DNA of 64,000 nt from Candidatus Limnocylindria bacterium (GTDB lineage: Bacteria; Chloroflexota; Limnocylindria; Limnocylindrales; CSP1-4), in NCBI GenBank assembly GCA_041484785.1, contig JBGPIH010000001.1, positions 7,258 through 71,257 of the forward strand. The letters run 5' to 3'. Under the pieces are notes generated by a model, which was given only the letters and a program-made list of their open reading frames with translations, did not search any database and was not told the origin of the DNA. This document shows positions 1 to 10,032 of this stretch, piece by piece. The position numbers and the translations under genes are program-made. How positions within the stretch are numbered: the stretch's first letter is position 1; each line of letters opens with the position of its first letter.

Positions 1-634
1 CTCCGAGGCAGGCTGTCTGCCAGGTCACGCCGAAGGCGAGCACCCATCGGCCAGCCGTCTTCGGATACGCCAACGCGAGCTTCCCGTCGGCAGATGACAG
101 CGGCCGCGGCGTGACTGTGCTCGGATCTGGGAAGCGGTTGGCAGCGATGTCGAAGGCCGAGGCCGGGAAGACGGCGACGGTCCCCGAGAGGAGCCGGAGG
201 CCGGCAGATCCCGCGAGAACACCCTTGCCACCGGCACTCGCTGTCACGGTCGGGGTAGCGCTCGTGAGCTGTGCCCACTGCGGGATCGCGTCGTCGGCCT
301 GGTAATCACCGGAGCGGTTTCGGATGCCCGCGGTCGTCAGCGGGATCCGATTGCCGCCGATGAGGAGCGACCAGTCGGTTACTTTGACCTGCGCGATCAG
401 TCCGTCCTGGCCGGCCGGGCACCCACGGGCCGTCGTTGTCGTCGTGGCAATCGGGCTCGCGCTCGAAGCCGTGCTGGAAGTCGCGTTCGGGCCGACGCTC
501 GGAGTCGCGATCGGGCTCACGCTGGCCGCCGTGCTCGGGCCGGCAGGCGTGGTGGTCGTCACCGGCGCAGTCCCCGATGAGCATGCGGCGAGGCCGATCG
601 CTGCGAGGACGGCGAGACGGAGCTGAGATCGCAT
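1..634 (-). CDS. Lipoprotein, N-terminal part (gene runs off window start)
   Basis: Reverse-strand ATG at 634..632 preceded by GGGGAG. Translation MRSQLRLAVLAAIGLAACSSGT... has a signal peptide with lipobox (LAAC) and a Thr/Ser/Pro-rich linker. Absent from the ORF track because there is no stop inside the window. Confidence 0.55.
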   Translation of the reverse strand, partial: MRSQLRLAVLAAIGLAACSSGTAPVTTTTPAGPSTAASVSPIATPSVGPNATSSTASSASPIATTTTTARGCPAGQDGLIAQVKVTDWSLLIGGNRIPLTTAGIRNRSGDYQADDAIPQWAQLTSATPTVTASAGGKGVLAGSAGLRLLSGTVAVFPASAFDIAANRFPDPSTVTPRPLSSADGKLALAYPKTAGRWVLAFGVTWQTACLG

Positions 635-1013
635 GCTGCTCCCCAAGGTGGGTCAAGGCCGACGGCGTGCCGCGACGCCGGTCACGTCAACTGGGACGAG
701 GGGATGATCCTCGATGTTGTGTCCTGGGGACGAGCACCCCGATGAGGCTCGGGCGTGCGCGGTGCGTCCGGTAAACCCCCGCGGACGCGAGACTTGCGGC
801 GTCGCGTCAGAGAGTCGCTCGAGATGACGCGCGATCTGCTCGCCGGCCGGCTCGGACGCGTGACCGAGCGCAAGCGGATCACCGAGGACGGGGTGGCCGA
901 GCCGATCCGGATCCACCATCCCGGACCGCGCGCCCGTCGTCGCCCGCTGCGATTCGTGCCATCTTGAGGCGGCACACCTGGAGGCCGGCGAGCGTCACAC
1001 CGGTAGCCGCAGG

Positions 1014-1733
1014 ATGGAGAACGCGATGCTCCGAGCCCTCTTCGCCGCTCTCGCGCTCCTGGTTCTGACCGCCGGCACTGCCCTCGCCGAGGCCGAGGAG
1101 GTCGAGCACTACGACTCGCTCGCAGCCCTCACGACGCACGCCGACGCGGTGGTCGTGGGGACCGTCATCTCGACTGCTCCTGGCGTCGCCTATCCAAAGA
1201 TCGAGTGCGGGTTCACGAACGCGACCGTCCGTGTCGAGTCGCTCGTCGCGGGCTCCCTACCTGCGTTCGCGACGAATGAGCTGACCCTCCAATACTTCGG
1301 CTGCGGCCCGCTGCCAGCCCTCGGTGCCGACATCCCGGCGGAGCGCTCGATCTTCTTCCTGCGGAACGGCCGGACCGACAGGCTCATGGCCCAGCCCAAC
1401 GCGACCACGGCCCAACTCCAGGCCGCCTGGCATCTCTGGCGACTCGAGATCTCCGCCGGCACCGGCGTCGATCAGGCCGGGCGGGTCGCGTTCCCGGTCC
1501 TCAACAACGCTTTCTTCCTCAAGCCATTCGCCGGGATGCCGTTCGAGGAGTTCGTGGCACGGGTGCGATCGATCGCGAGCGCAGCCCCGAACACGGCGAC
1601 CGCTCCGGAGCCATCTCCGGCCTCGCCGCCGGCGATACCGCTTCTCGCCGGGCTCGCCGGGCTCATGGCGTCCGCCCTGCTGCTCCCAACGCGGTCAGCC
1701 GTCACCGCGAGCCGGAGCCGAGACGCTCGTTAG
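1014..1733 (+). CDS. Secreted hypothetical protein; paralog of 45351..46142
   Basis: N-terminal signal peptide (LFAALALLVLTAGTALA). Shares motifs with the ORF at 45351 (FDSL...ADxVVVGtV, ...FFL(R/L)NG). Confidence 0.6.
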   Translation: MENAMLRALFAALALLVLTAGTALAEAEEVEHYDSLAALTTHADAVVVGTVISTAPGVAYPKIECGFTNATVRVESLVAGSLPAFATNELTLQYFGCGPLPALGADIPAERSIFFLRNGRTDRLMAQPNATTAQLQAAWHLWRLEISAGTGVDQAGRVAFPVLNNAFFLKPFAGMPFEEFVARVRSIASAAPNTATAPEPSPASPPAIPLLAGLAGLMASALLLPTRSAVTASRSRDAR

Positions 1734-1831
1734 GGTCGCTCGAGCCACCCCGAAGTGCCCGGAGCCCCCGACCGAGACCGAGGCAATGCCTCTGGCGACT
1801 CAGCCGTCATAGCCCGGAGCTCCCGCAGGTC

Positions 1832-2629
1832 TCATGCGACAACGGCGCGCCGCAGGAACCGAGGGGCCCGCGCGGCGCGGACCGGGTTGTGGGCGATGTG
1901 GCGCGCGGAAGACGGGACGAGCTCGCGGGCGAGCCGTCCGTCGAGCATCGCCGCCACGACCGCGAGATGGTCCCAGGCGCGCTCTGTGTTTCCGAGCCGG
2001 CGAGCGAGGACCTGTCGGCACTCGCCGATCGCAGCCTCAATGTCGGAGATGCGGCCACCGGCTGCGGTCGTCATGGCATGGAGGGCGGCGATGGCGGGGT
2101 CGCGGCAGCCCTCCCGCCACACCTGGTCGGCGACATCAGTTGCGCGCTCGGGTTGGCGTTCTGCGCGGTAGAAGTCGAGGCAGCGGCGGAGCGTCGCGTC
2201 AGCGAGGGGCGGAGCCACGGCGCGCATCGCCGCCCAGCCACGTCCTGCACCCTTGCCTCTCTCGTCTGACGACTGCCCGCGCGGGTTCCAGAAGGCGACG
2301 ACCGAGGGTTCATCGGGCTCCGGCAGCACGAAGTCCGCGAGCGAGGCCGTCCAGGTGTCACGCGGGCAGGGCTCCCCGAGGCGACACGCTGGACAGGGCT
2401 GATCGGCGGGGCAGCGGGACACCCCCACCAGGGTTCGCTCCAGGTGCTGCCACACGACGCCGGCGACCCCGCGCCGGTTCGTCCAGCCGGTAATGCGCTC
2501 AAGGTGCGTCCCCGTCTCCGACCGGATCTCGGCGATGCTCTCGGGAAGGGTTTGGAACAGTGGCGCGAGTGCGCCAAGCACCGTGGCGACGGAGGTGGCG
2601 TCGCGGGTGCGCGCGGCGTCGTCGAGCAC
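1832..2629 (-). CDS. Hypothetical protein with Cys cluster (CPADQPCPACRLGEPC), possibly frameshifted
   Basis: 265-aa ORF of mixed composition. Upstream, another reverse frame (to 2847) reads MRPRLDENGRIVAQPVDVHANTL..., suggesting a frameshifted longer gene. A plus-strand alternative at 2700..3010 cannot be excluded. Confidence 0.35.
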   Translation of the reverse strand: MLDDAARTRDATSVATVLGALAPLFQTLPESIAEIRSETGTHLERITGWTNRRGVAGVVWQHLERTLVGVSRCPADQPCPACRLGEPCPRDTWTASLADFVLPEPDEPSVVAFWNPRGQSSDERGKGAGRGWAAMRAVAPPLADATLRRCLDFYRAERQPERATDVADQVWREGCRDPAIAALHAMTTAAGGRISDIEAAIGECRQVLARRLGNTERAWDHLAVVAAMLDGRLARELVPSSARHIAHNPVRAARAPRFLRRAVVA

Positions 2630-3031
2630 CGCGAACAGGATGCGTCGCTTCTCGTGGCGCGGGATCCCGTCAGGACCCCAGATCTCCGAGCGAGCAACGC
2701 GGTGCCGAGGCGCTCATTCTGGCCACGGTAGCGGCCCAGCTTGGCGTCGAGCTCGTCCGGGGCCAGCTCACCGTTCACGAGGGTATTCGCGTGGACGTCG
2801 ACGGGCTGAGCCACGATCCGCCCGTTCTCGTCGAGGCGTGGGCGCATCAGGGACCACCGAAGCCCGCCCAGAAAGCCAAGGTCATGACCGACGCCCTCAA
2901 GCTTCTATGGATCGAGCGGCGCCTCTTCCCGGGCGGGACCAGAAAGGTCCTGGCGCTCGCCGACCCGTCCGCCAGTTACTTCGGGGGCGAACGACAGCCA
3001 TGTCGTACGATGGTTGCCGTCCTTGGAGTGA

Positions 3032-3559
3032 ATGGAGACAGAGGTATTCCAGCGCCTAGCAGCCACCCTGGATCGGCGCTTCTGGATCGCCGCGATCGGC
3101 GGCACGATCCTCGCGCTCATCGTGCTCGGCGTGCCATCGGCCGTCATTCCGAACCCGCTGTTCGTCCGGATGACGCCAACCGAGCCGTTCAACGTCGCCG
3201 TATGGCTCGCGTCTGCTCCCTTGGCGGGACTGATCCTTGCGACATACGTCTCAAAGAGTGGGGCCGCCGCCGCGGACGTTCACGCGGACGCTGGCGCCGG
3301 TCGCGCGACGCTCGGCGGCGTTGCGGCCTACCTCGCCATTGGATGTCCGGTCTGCAACAAGATCGTGGTGCTGGCACTCGGCGTATCCGGGGCGCTCAAC
3401 GTCTTCGCCCCGTTGCAGCCGCTCATCGGCGCGTCGTCGGTCGCGCTTCTCGCGGGCACGCTCGCATGGCGGCTGAGAATGCGGGCACGCGGCTGTAACC
3501 GCTGTGCAGGCGGATCAGGCCGAGGGACGCAACCACTGCCTGTCAGGGATCCGGGCTGA
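3032..3559 (+). CDS. Hypothetical membrane protein (CPVC motif)
   Basis: Several hydrophobic helices; AIGCPVCNKIVVLALG motif. Confidence 0.5.
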   Translation: METEVFQRLAATLDRRFWIAAIGGTILALIVLGVPSAVIPNPLFVRMTPTEPFNVAVWLASAPLAGLILATYVSKSGAAAADVHADAGAGRATLGGVAAYLAIGCPVCNKIVVLALGVSGALNVFAPLQPLIGASSVALLAGTLAWRLRMRARGCNRCAGGSGRGTQPLPVRDPG

Positions 3560-3823
3560 GCAACGCTTGACAACCGTGGCACGAGACGGACCGACGGGAG
3601 AGCATTCGCCAGCCGGCCGAGACGCCGATCTATCAGCCTGTTCTCAGCCGCCATTCATATCTCTCCGCCACCGTGTCGCGTGGAACGTCCACAGACGAGG
3701 CGGTCATCGCCAGGGCCTTGACCGAACGGCCGCAGTTGATCGAAACGCGGTCTGCGTCATATACTCCCTGGGAGTATTGAACCACCGACCAGAGAGCGCG
3801 CCACGAGCGGGAGATGGAACCTC

Positions 3824-4330
3824 ATGCTGGATCTTCAGTTGACCGCCGAGCCAGTCCAGGCCGACACGGTCAAGGCCGGCTACAGCTGCCCGTGCGGGTG
3901 TACCCCAGCGACCACCTATCGACGGGGGAGCGCGGCCGCGACAGAGGGCTGCTGCTGCGGGAACGAGTTCGCGGTCGGACCCGATGCGGAGAGCCACGTG
4001 CACGCTCCCACCGGGTTCCAAGTCCTGACTGACTCACTTATGGCTCCATGGGGCGACCGACTGCCGGTGGCATGGGCGATCGGGCCGTCGACTCACGATG
4101 AACCTGAGCACGCCGCAGTCGGGCACAGCCATCACGACCCCGAAGCGGGTGCGGGCACGACCACCGATCCCGTCTGCGGCATGACGATCGACCCCGAGGC
4201 GTCGCGATCAGACGGGCTACACAGTCGCCACCACGAGGCCGACTACTTCTTCTGCGGCAAGGGCTGCAAGCTCGAGTTCGACGAGGACCCCGCGCGGCAC
4301 CTCGACCCGTCCTACGTTCCATCGATGTGA
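3824..4330 (+). CDS. YHS/TRASH-domain metal-binding protein with Cys-rich and His-rich N-terminal region
   Basis: C-terminal DPVCGMTID...YFFCGKGCKLEFDEDP is a YHS signature. N-terminus YSCPCGCTP...GCCCGNEF and HSHHDPE look like metal-binding clusters. Lies directly upstream of the HMA/CopA genes. Confidence 0.8.
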   Translation: MLDLQLTAEPVQADTVKAGYSCPCGCTPATTYRRGSAAATEGCCCGNEFAVGPDAESHVHAPTGFQVLTDSLMAPWGDRLPVAWAIGPSTHDEPEHAAVGHSHHDPEAGAGTTTDPVCGMTIDPEASRSDGLHSRHHEADYFFCGKGCKLEFDEDPARHLDPSYVPSM

Positions 4331-4339
4331 GGCCACCCA

Positions 4340-4564
4340 ATGACCGCTGAGACGACGACGGCCGCCGGGGTCCGCTTCCCGGTGGAGGGCATGACCTGCG
4401 CCTCGTGCGTGAACCGCATCGAGGGGTACCTGCGCAAGACCGAAGGCGTCGTCGAGGCGAACGTCAACCTCGCGACGGAGACCGCATCAGTACGCTTCGA
4501 CCCGTCGGCCGTCGATCTCGACGGGCTGCGGGCTGCGGGCCGCGGTGGAGGCCGCGGGCTATGA
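4340..4564 (+). CDS. Heavy-metal-associated (HMA) domain, CopZ-like; probably first HMA repeat of CopA separated by a +1 frameshift
   Basis: [17 protein letters not shown]...VRFDP is an HMA fold with the MxCxxC motif. It is near-identical to the HMA domain inside the downstream ATPase. Its frame is lost at 4530..4545 by one extra base, or a 7-nt unit, in gggctgcgggctgcgggcc. Confidence 0.7.
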   Translation: MTAETTTAAGVRFPVEGMTCASCVNRIEGYLRKTEGVVEANVNLATETASVRFDPSAVDLDGLRAAGRGGGRGL

Positions 4565-7022
4565 GGCGCGGATCGACCGGGCCGAGGTGACGGGTCCCAA
4601 CCGGCAGGCGGTCGAGATCGCCTTCCGGGCGCCCGAGGGCAGCCTTGCCGGGCCGCGGGCCTTCGCCCTCGACATCGAGGGCATGACCTGCGCCTCCTGC
4701 GTCAATCGGATCGAGCGGTACCTTCGCAAGGTGGACGGGGTCGCCAAGGCCAACGTCAACCTCGCCACGGAGCGTGCGACCGTCGTCGCGGGGCCCGAGG
4801 TGACCCTCGACCAGCTGATCGCCGCCGTCGAGGCGGCCGGCTACGAGGCCAGGCTGCTCGTCGATGCGGCGCCGGCGGTGGCGGCACCGGCCGCGCAGGC
4901 TACGACCGAGCCATTGGAGCCGCAGGCCGTCAGCCGCGAGGCTACCGCCGCGCCCGAGACGAGCTTCCAGCAGCGCCACCTCGCCGACACCCGGCGGCGG
5001 CTGATCGTGGCGGCCATCCTCACGACCCCGCTCCTGTTGGGTCTGGCGTCCATGACGATCGCGCCGTTCCTGCCGTCGTTCCTCACCAACCCATGGCTTC
5101 AGCTCGGCCTCGCGACCCCGGTCCAGTTCTACGCGGGCTGGCCGTTCTACAAGGGCGCCTGGAAGGTCGCCCGCCACCGGGCGACGGACATGAACACGCT
5201 CATCGCCGTCGGGACTTCCGCCGCGTACTTCTACAGCCTCGCCGCGATCCTCTTCCCGGGCTTCTTCCAGGCGGCGGGCGTCGCGACCGAGGGGCGCCTG
5301 CCGCTCTACTTCGACACGTCCTCGGCGATCGTGACGCTCATCCTGCTCGGCCGCTTCCTCGAGGCCCGAGCGCGGAGTCACACCTCTGACGCGATCAAGA
5401 AGCTCATAGGCCTCCAGCCGCGGACTGCGCGCGTCCTGCGCGCCGGGGGCGAGGTCGACATTCCCATCGAAGACGTTGTCCGGGGCGACATCGTGCTCGT
5501 CCGGCCGGGCGAGAAGGTCCCCGTCGACGGGATCGTCCAAGACGGTCGCTCGGCGGTCGACGAGAGCATGGTCACGGGTGAGCCGATCCCGGTGACGAAG
5601 GAGATGGGCGAGGAGGTCATCGGCGGGACCCTCAACACGCTCGGCAGCTTCCGCTTTGAGGCGACCCGTGTCGGGCGTGACACCGTCCTCGCGCAGATCG
5701 TTCGGCTCGTCCAGGAAGCCCAGGGTTCGAAGGCGCCGATCCAGCGCCTGGCCGATGCCGTGACCGGCTACTTCGTTCCGGCGGTCCTCGGCATGGCCGC
5801 CCTGACCTTTGTCGTCTGGTTTGTCCTGGGTCCCCAGCCGGCGTTCAACCTGGCGCTCCTCAACATGGTCGCCGTGCTCATCATTGCGTGCCCTTGTGCG
5901 CTCGGGCTGGCGACGCCGACCTCGATCATGGTCGGGACGGGCAAGGGCGCCGAGAACGGCGTCCTCTTCCGGAACGCCGAAGCCCTCGAGCGCCTGCACA
6001 AGGTCCGCGCCGTCGTGCTCGACAAGACCGGCACACTGACCGAGGGCAAGCCGCGCGTCACGGACGTCGTTCGTGCCGATGACGCGCCGGGAGAGGATGA
6101 GCTTGTCGCCCTCGTCGCCGCGGCCGAGCGTGGTTCGGAACATCCGCTGGGAGAGGCGATCGTCCGCTTCGCTCGCGACGAGCGGTCGCTCACCTTGGCC
6201 GATGTGACAGCGTTCGAGGCCGTGTCCGGCCAGGGGATCGCGGCGACCGTGGCCGGTCGTGCCGTCCTGGTCGGTCGTCCCGCGTATATGGACGGTCAGG
6301 GAATCGACCCGGGTCCCCTGCGCGGCGCTGCGGACGAGCTGGCCGCATCCGGCAAGACGCCCGTGTTCGTCGCGGTCGACGGCCGACTGGCCGCAGTCAT
6401 CGCGATCGCCGACACGCTCAAGGCCGGTTCGGTCGAGGCAGTCGCCGAGCTGCACCGCCTCGGGCTGGAGGTGGCCATGCTGACCGGCGACAACGAGACC
6501 ACGGCGCAGGCGATCGCCCGCCAGGCCGGCGTGGATCGGGTCCTGGCCGACGTGCGCCCCGACGAGAAGGCGGCCCAGATCAAGCGGCTCCAGGGCGAAG
6601 GCAAGCTCGTCGCGATGGTCGGTGACGGGATCAACGACGCGCCAGCTCTCGCGCAGGCCGACGTCGGAATCGCGATCGGGACCGGCACCGACGTGGCCAT
6701 CGAGTCGGGCTCGGTGACGCTCATGAGTGGTGACCTGCGGGCGCTTGTGACGGCGATCTCGCTGTCTCGGGCGACGATGGGCAACATCAAGCAGAACCTG
6801 TTCTGGGCGTTCGCCTATAACGTCGCCTTGATCCCGCTGGCAGCTGGGTTCTTCTATCCGTTCACGGGCATCCTGCTCGATCCCATCTTCGCAGCCGGGG
6901 CCATGGCGCTGTCGTCTGTGACCGTCGTGTCCAACGCGTTGCGTCTGCGTCGCTTCAGCCCGCCGGCTGCCGGTCGGTCGGCATCGCCTGGTCGCCCGAA
7001 GACCATCCCCGCGAGCGCCTGA
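4545..7022 (+). CDS. copA: Cu(I)-translocating P1B-type ATPase
   Basis: HMA domain (GMTCASC), TGE, CPC ([13 protein letters not shown]), [21 protein letters not shown] and MSxSS motifs. Confidence 0.9.
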   Translation: MEAAGYEARIDRAEVTGPNRQAVEIAFRAPEGSLAGPRAFALDIEGMTCASCVNRIERYLRKVDGVAKANVNLATERATVVAGPEVTLDQLIAAVEAAGYEARLLVDAAPAVAAPAAQATTEPLEPQAVSREATAAPETSFQQRHLADTRRRLIVAAILTTPLLLGLASMTIAPFLPSFLTNPWLQLGLATPVQFYAGWPFYKGAWKVARHRATDMNTLIAVGTSAAYFYSLAAILFPGFFQAAGVATEGRLPLYFDTSSAIVTLILLGRFLEARARSHTSDAIKKLIGLQPRTARVLRAGGEVDIPIEDVVRGDIVLVRPGEKVPVDGIVQDGRSAVDESMVTGEPIPVTKEMGEEVIGGTLNTLGSFRFEATRVGRDTVLAQIVRLVQEAQGSKAPIQRLADAVTGYFVPAVLGMAALTFVVWFVLGPQPAFNLALLNMVAVLIIACPCALGLATPTSIMVGTGKGAENGVLFRNAEALERLHKVRAVVLDKTGTLTEGKPRVTDVVRADDAPGEDELVALVAAAERGSEHPLGEAIVRFARDERSLTLADVTAFEAVSGQGIAATVAGRAVLVGRPAYMDGQGIDPGPLRGAADELAASGKTPVFVAVDGRLAAVIAIADTLKAGSVEAVAELHRLGLEVAMLTGDNETTAQAIARQAGVDRVLADVRPDEKAAQIKRLQGEGKLVAMVGDGINDAPALAQADVGIAIGTGTDVAIESGSVTLMSGDLRALVTAISLSRATMGNIKQNLFWAFAYNVALIPLAAGFFYPFTGILLDPIFAAGAMALSSVTVVSNALRLRRFSPPAAGRSASPGRPKTIPASA

Positions 7023-7087
7023 CTGGCGACGGATCGACCGTGTCCAGAGGTGATGCCGGCGCGCTTTGACGAATTGGACTGTCGGCC

Positions 7088-7846
7088 CTACCCGGCGACC
7101 ACGCGAACGCCGACCACGATCGCGGCCCCGATGCCGGAAAGAGCGACGAGGGCGGGTCCCTGTCGAGGGTCGCGATGCTGGGCCTCGGGCAGGAGGTGCC
7201 CGGCGCCAACTGCCAGGAACACGCCCGCGAACCAGGCGAGGAGCAGCCCGAGCGTTGCCGGAGGGATCGAGACGAGGGTGCTGAGGGCCGCTCCCGCGGG
7301 CGGAGCAAGCGCGTCGAGGACGAGCAGGCCGACGGCCAGGCGTTCCCCGCGCGCGGCCTCGAGGGCCAGGGTGACGACGTTCATCCCGTCGGCGAAGTCG
7401 TGCGCGAGGACGGCCAGAAGCACGACGAGCCCGACCGTCGTTCCGGCCTGGAAGCCGAAGCCGATCGCGAGCCCGTCGAGCGTGCTGTGGAGGATCAGGC
7501 TCAGTGGCGGCACGATGGCCAAGAGCGGCGCCTGGGATCGGGTCTCGGCAGGTGCTGGAGTCCCGCCCGGTCGGTCCCCGTGCTGGGCGTGCTCGAAGCT
7601 GGCCTGATGGATGAATGCCTCGATCAGGCTGAACGCGACGAACCCAACGAGCGCGCCAATCCCCACCGCGATCGCGGAGCCTGAGCCGACGAGCTCGTGC
7701 GCCTCGGGCAGGAGGTCGGCGACGGCGGTCGCAACGACGACGCCCGCGGCGAGGGCCATGAAGGCGTGCAGGCGATGCCTCAGCCGCAGCGCGGCCATGC
7801 CGCCAGCGAGCGTCGAGAAGAACGGCAGCACGGCCGCCAGCGGCAC
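7088..7846 (-). CDS. ZIP family metal transporter (ZupT-like)
   Basis: HDFADG and other ZIP TM signatures. N-terminus VPLAAVLPFF aligns to the start of ZupT-type proteins. Exact start uncertain; the ORF track extends to 7963. Confidence 0.8.
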   Translation of the reverse strand: MPLAAVLPFFSTLAGGMAALRLRHRLHAFMALAAGVVVATAVADLLPEAHELVGSGSAIAVGIGALVGFVAFSLIEAFIHQASFEHAQHGDRPGGTPAPAETRSQAPLLAIVPPLSLILHSTLDGLAIGFGFQAGTTVGLVVLLAVLAHDFADGMNVVTLALEAARGERLAVGLLVLDALAPPAGAALSTLVSIPPATLGLLLAWFAGVFLAVGAGHLLPEAQHRDPRQGPALVALSGIGAAIVVGVRVVAG

Positions 7847-7851
7847 GTCGG

Positions 7852-10029
7852 CTAGCCGCCAGACCCTGGGGTTTGCGCATCGTCCGGGGCGACGGCCTCG
7901 GCGCGGTGCGGCGGACGCAGCTCCGGTTCGCGTTCGGGCAATGATCCGACCAACCGAGCGCACTCCTGTTCGGTGAATGGATCCCCGCCGACCACCGCCA
8001 CCCGGACCGTGGTCGCATCGTAGCGGGCCCAGACGCGCCGACGGGGCGCCAGGAGACTGACCGTCACGCCTACGACCAGCAGGATGGCACCGAGCCAGAT
8101 CAGACCCTGGCCCGGATCGCGCTTGGCGATCAGCCCGATGTAGCTGCTCGGGCGGCGGAACTCGATCCCTATGCTTCCGCCCGGGACGAGGTAGCCGTCG
8201 CCCGTTTCGAGGACGGCTCCAAACGCGATCTGCGGCGGATCGCCGGGATTGGTCGGTGGGCGGACGCCGACGACCGTGAGCTCGGCGACGCCGCCCGCGC
8301 CCTTGGCGAGGAGCAGGTCGAGCGAGAGGTCCGTGCCGGGTACGGCGATGAGGCCTTCGGGCTTTCCGCCGAGCTGGCCGTCGAGCAGGACCGAGCCCGA
8401 GTAGAGGATCTCGCCCAGGCGGTCGCGGAGGTCCAACTCGACCGCCGGCCCGAAGAAGTTCTCGTGGAACGCCCAGCCGTCCACCGAGAGCGGGTCATTG
8501 ACCGTGATCTCCTTGCGCGCGATCTGCTGACCCTGCCGGTAGATGCTCAGGGTCGTCCGGTACTCGAGCGGTTGGCTCGCCGGATCGAAGCGTGCCACGA
8601 AGTCCTCGTTGCGGACGAGGACCGTCTCCGGGTCGCTCGGAAAGCCCGTCGGGCGACCCTCGCCGACCGGCACCTTGAGCGCGGTCTCGTAGCCAAAGCG
8701 CGGCGTCACGATGCCCATCCCAAGCACGAAGAGGGCGAGCGCTCCGTGGCTGACGAGCGACGCGAGCGGCGAAAAGCGATTGCGCTCCGCGAGCAGATGG
8801 GTCACCCCGTCGGCCTGCTCCGTGCGGACGCGGTACCCCGACCGAACGAGCTCCTCCGGCAGGACCCGGCCGTCGAGGCCGTCGAGCGGACCGGTCCGCG
8901 CCGGCACCGACGATCGGAAGAAAGCACGGGCCCGTCGAACTCGCGGCGTCCGGACGTCGCGAACGATGCGCGGCAGCCGCGAGAGCGTGTTCCCGAGCAG
9001 GCTGATCGTGAACAGGCCGACGAGGATCGTGAACCACGAGGAGGTGAAGATCCGGTACAGCTCGAGCCGCTCGAAGATCGAGGCCAGCGGCTGACCGAAC
9101 CGATCGGCGGCTCGCTGGACGGCCGTCGCATAGAGCGCGGGATCGGCTAGCGTCAACGTCCCGAACTGCCCGATCAGGATGGAGAGAATCCCGGCGAGGA
9201 CGGTCAGGCCGAGGAGGACGTTCGCCGTCCGTGCCGACGCGAATGCGTGCCAGGCCCGAAGCGCCACACGCCGGCGTCGGGCGTGCCCGACCACCGCGGA
9301 CGTGGTGAGCCGGGCTTCCCGCGTCGCCACGCTCAGCCAGCCAACGGGCCGACGAGCCGGATACGCACGAACAGCGCGGGCAGTGGTCCGAGACGCACCA
9401 GGTCGCGCTCGAGGTGCATGGCCTCGAACGGGCTCCCGGCGAGGAATACCTCGAGCTCGTCGCGAGTACGCGAACGGCCGCAGGTCGTAGATGAGCGCGA
9501 TCCCGCCCGGTCGCAAGACGCGCGCGATCTCGCTGAAGACCGATCCTGGCTCGACCCAGTGGTGGAGGCTGAGCGTCGACGCGGCGACGTCGAACGTCCA
9601 GTCGTCGAATGGCAGCGCGGCGGCGTCGCCAAGGACGAACCGAACGCGGTCGCCGAGGCCCGCGGAAACAGCCCGCGCGCTCGACGTCTCGATCATGGCC
9701 TCCGCGAGGTCGACGCCGACAATCTTCGCGCCTGGCAGACGCCGGGCGACCTCGAGTGCAACCTCACCGGGTCCGGACCCGAGTTCGAGCACGGCGGAAA
9801 TCCCGGGCATCGCGGCGGCTTCGGGGAGCGACGCGACGTCGTCGGCGACCCGGCGGTACAGCGGCCGAAGGAGGACCGGAGCGACGGCGCTGTAGAGCCG
9901 CGCTCCGCGGGGCGCGAAGATCCCGACTCGCCGGTCGATCGTCCGTGCGAGCCGCGCGAGAGGGCGACGCGCCGCGACAACCAGCGACGCGGTTAGGGCA
10001 AGGACGACGAGACGCGTCGGATGCGGCAT
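7852..10029 (-). CDS. resB: Class I SAM-dependent methyltransferase domain fused in frame to cytochrome c biogenesis protein ResB/Ccs1 (System II)
   Basis: N-terminal ~200 aa carry a methyltransferase glycine-rich motif (VLELGSGPGE...VGVDLAEAM...LRPGGIALIYD), paralogous to 46934..47737. The remainder is ResB-like (ELYRIFTSSWFTILVGLFTISLLGNTLSR, large extracytoplasmic domain, C-terminal TMs). There is no stop between the two parts. Confidence 0.75.
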   Translation of the reverse strand: MPHPTRLVVLALTASLVVAARRPLARLARTIDRRVGIFAPRGARLYSAVAPVLLRPLYRRVADDVASLPEAAAMPGISAVLELGSGPGEVALEVARRLPGAKIVGVDLAEAMIETSSARAVSAGLGDRVRFVLGDAAALPFDDWTFDVAASTLSLHHWVEPGSVFSEIARVLRPGGIALIYDLRPFAYSRRARGIPRREPVRGHAPRARPGASRTTARAVRAYPARRPVGWLSVATREARLTTSAVVGHARRRRVALRAWHAFASARTANVLLGLTVLAGILSILIGQFGTLTLADPALYATAVQRAADRFGQPLASIFERLELYRIFTSSWFTILVGLFTISLLGNTLSRLPRIVRDVRTPRVRRARAFFRSSVPARTGPLDGLDGRVLPEELVRSGYRVRTEQADGVTHLLAERNRFSPLASLVSHGALALFVLGMGIVTPRFGYETALKVPVGEGRPTGFPSDPETVLVRNEDFVARFDPASQPLEYRTTLSIYRQGQQIARKEITVNDPLSVDGWAFHENFFGPAVELDLRDRLGEILYSGSVLLDGQLGGKPEGLIAVPGTDLSLDLLLAKGAGGVAELTVVGVRPPTNPGDPPQIAFGAVLETGDGYLVPGGSIGIEFRRPSSYIGLIAKRDPGQGLIWLGAILLVVGVTVSLLAPRRRVWARYDATTVRVAVVGGDPFTEQECARLVGSLPEREPELRPPHRAEAVAPDDAQTPGSGG

Positions 10030-10032
10030 CGG

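Noticed and set aside
4464-8018. 1184-aa reverse-strand ORF spanning the whole copA and ZIP region
   Set aside because: Arg/Gly/Asp-rich low-complexity translation. It is antisense to a well-supported P1B ATPase, a typical long open antisense frame in 70% GC DNA.
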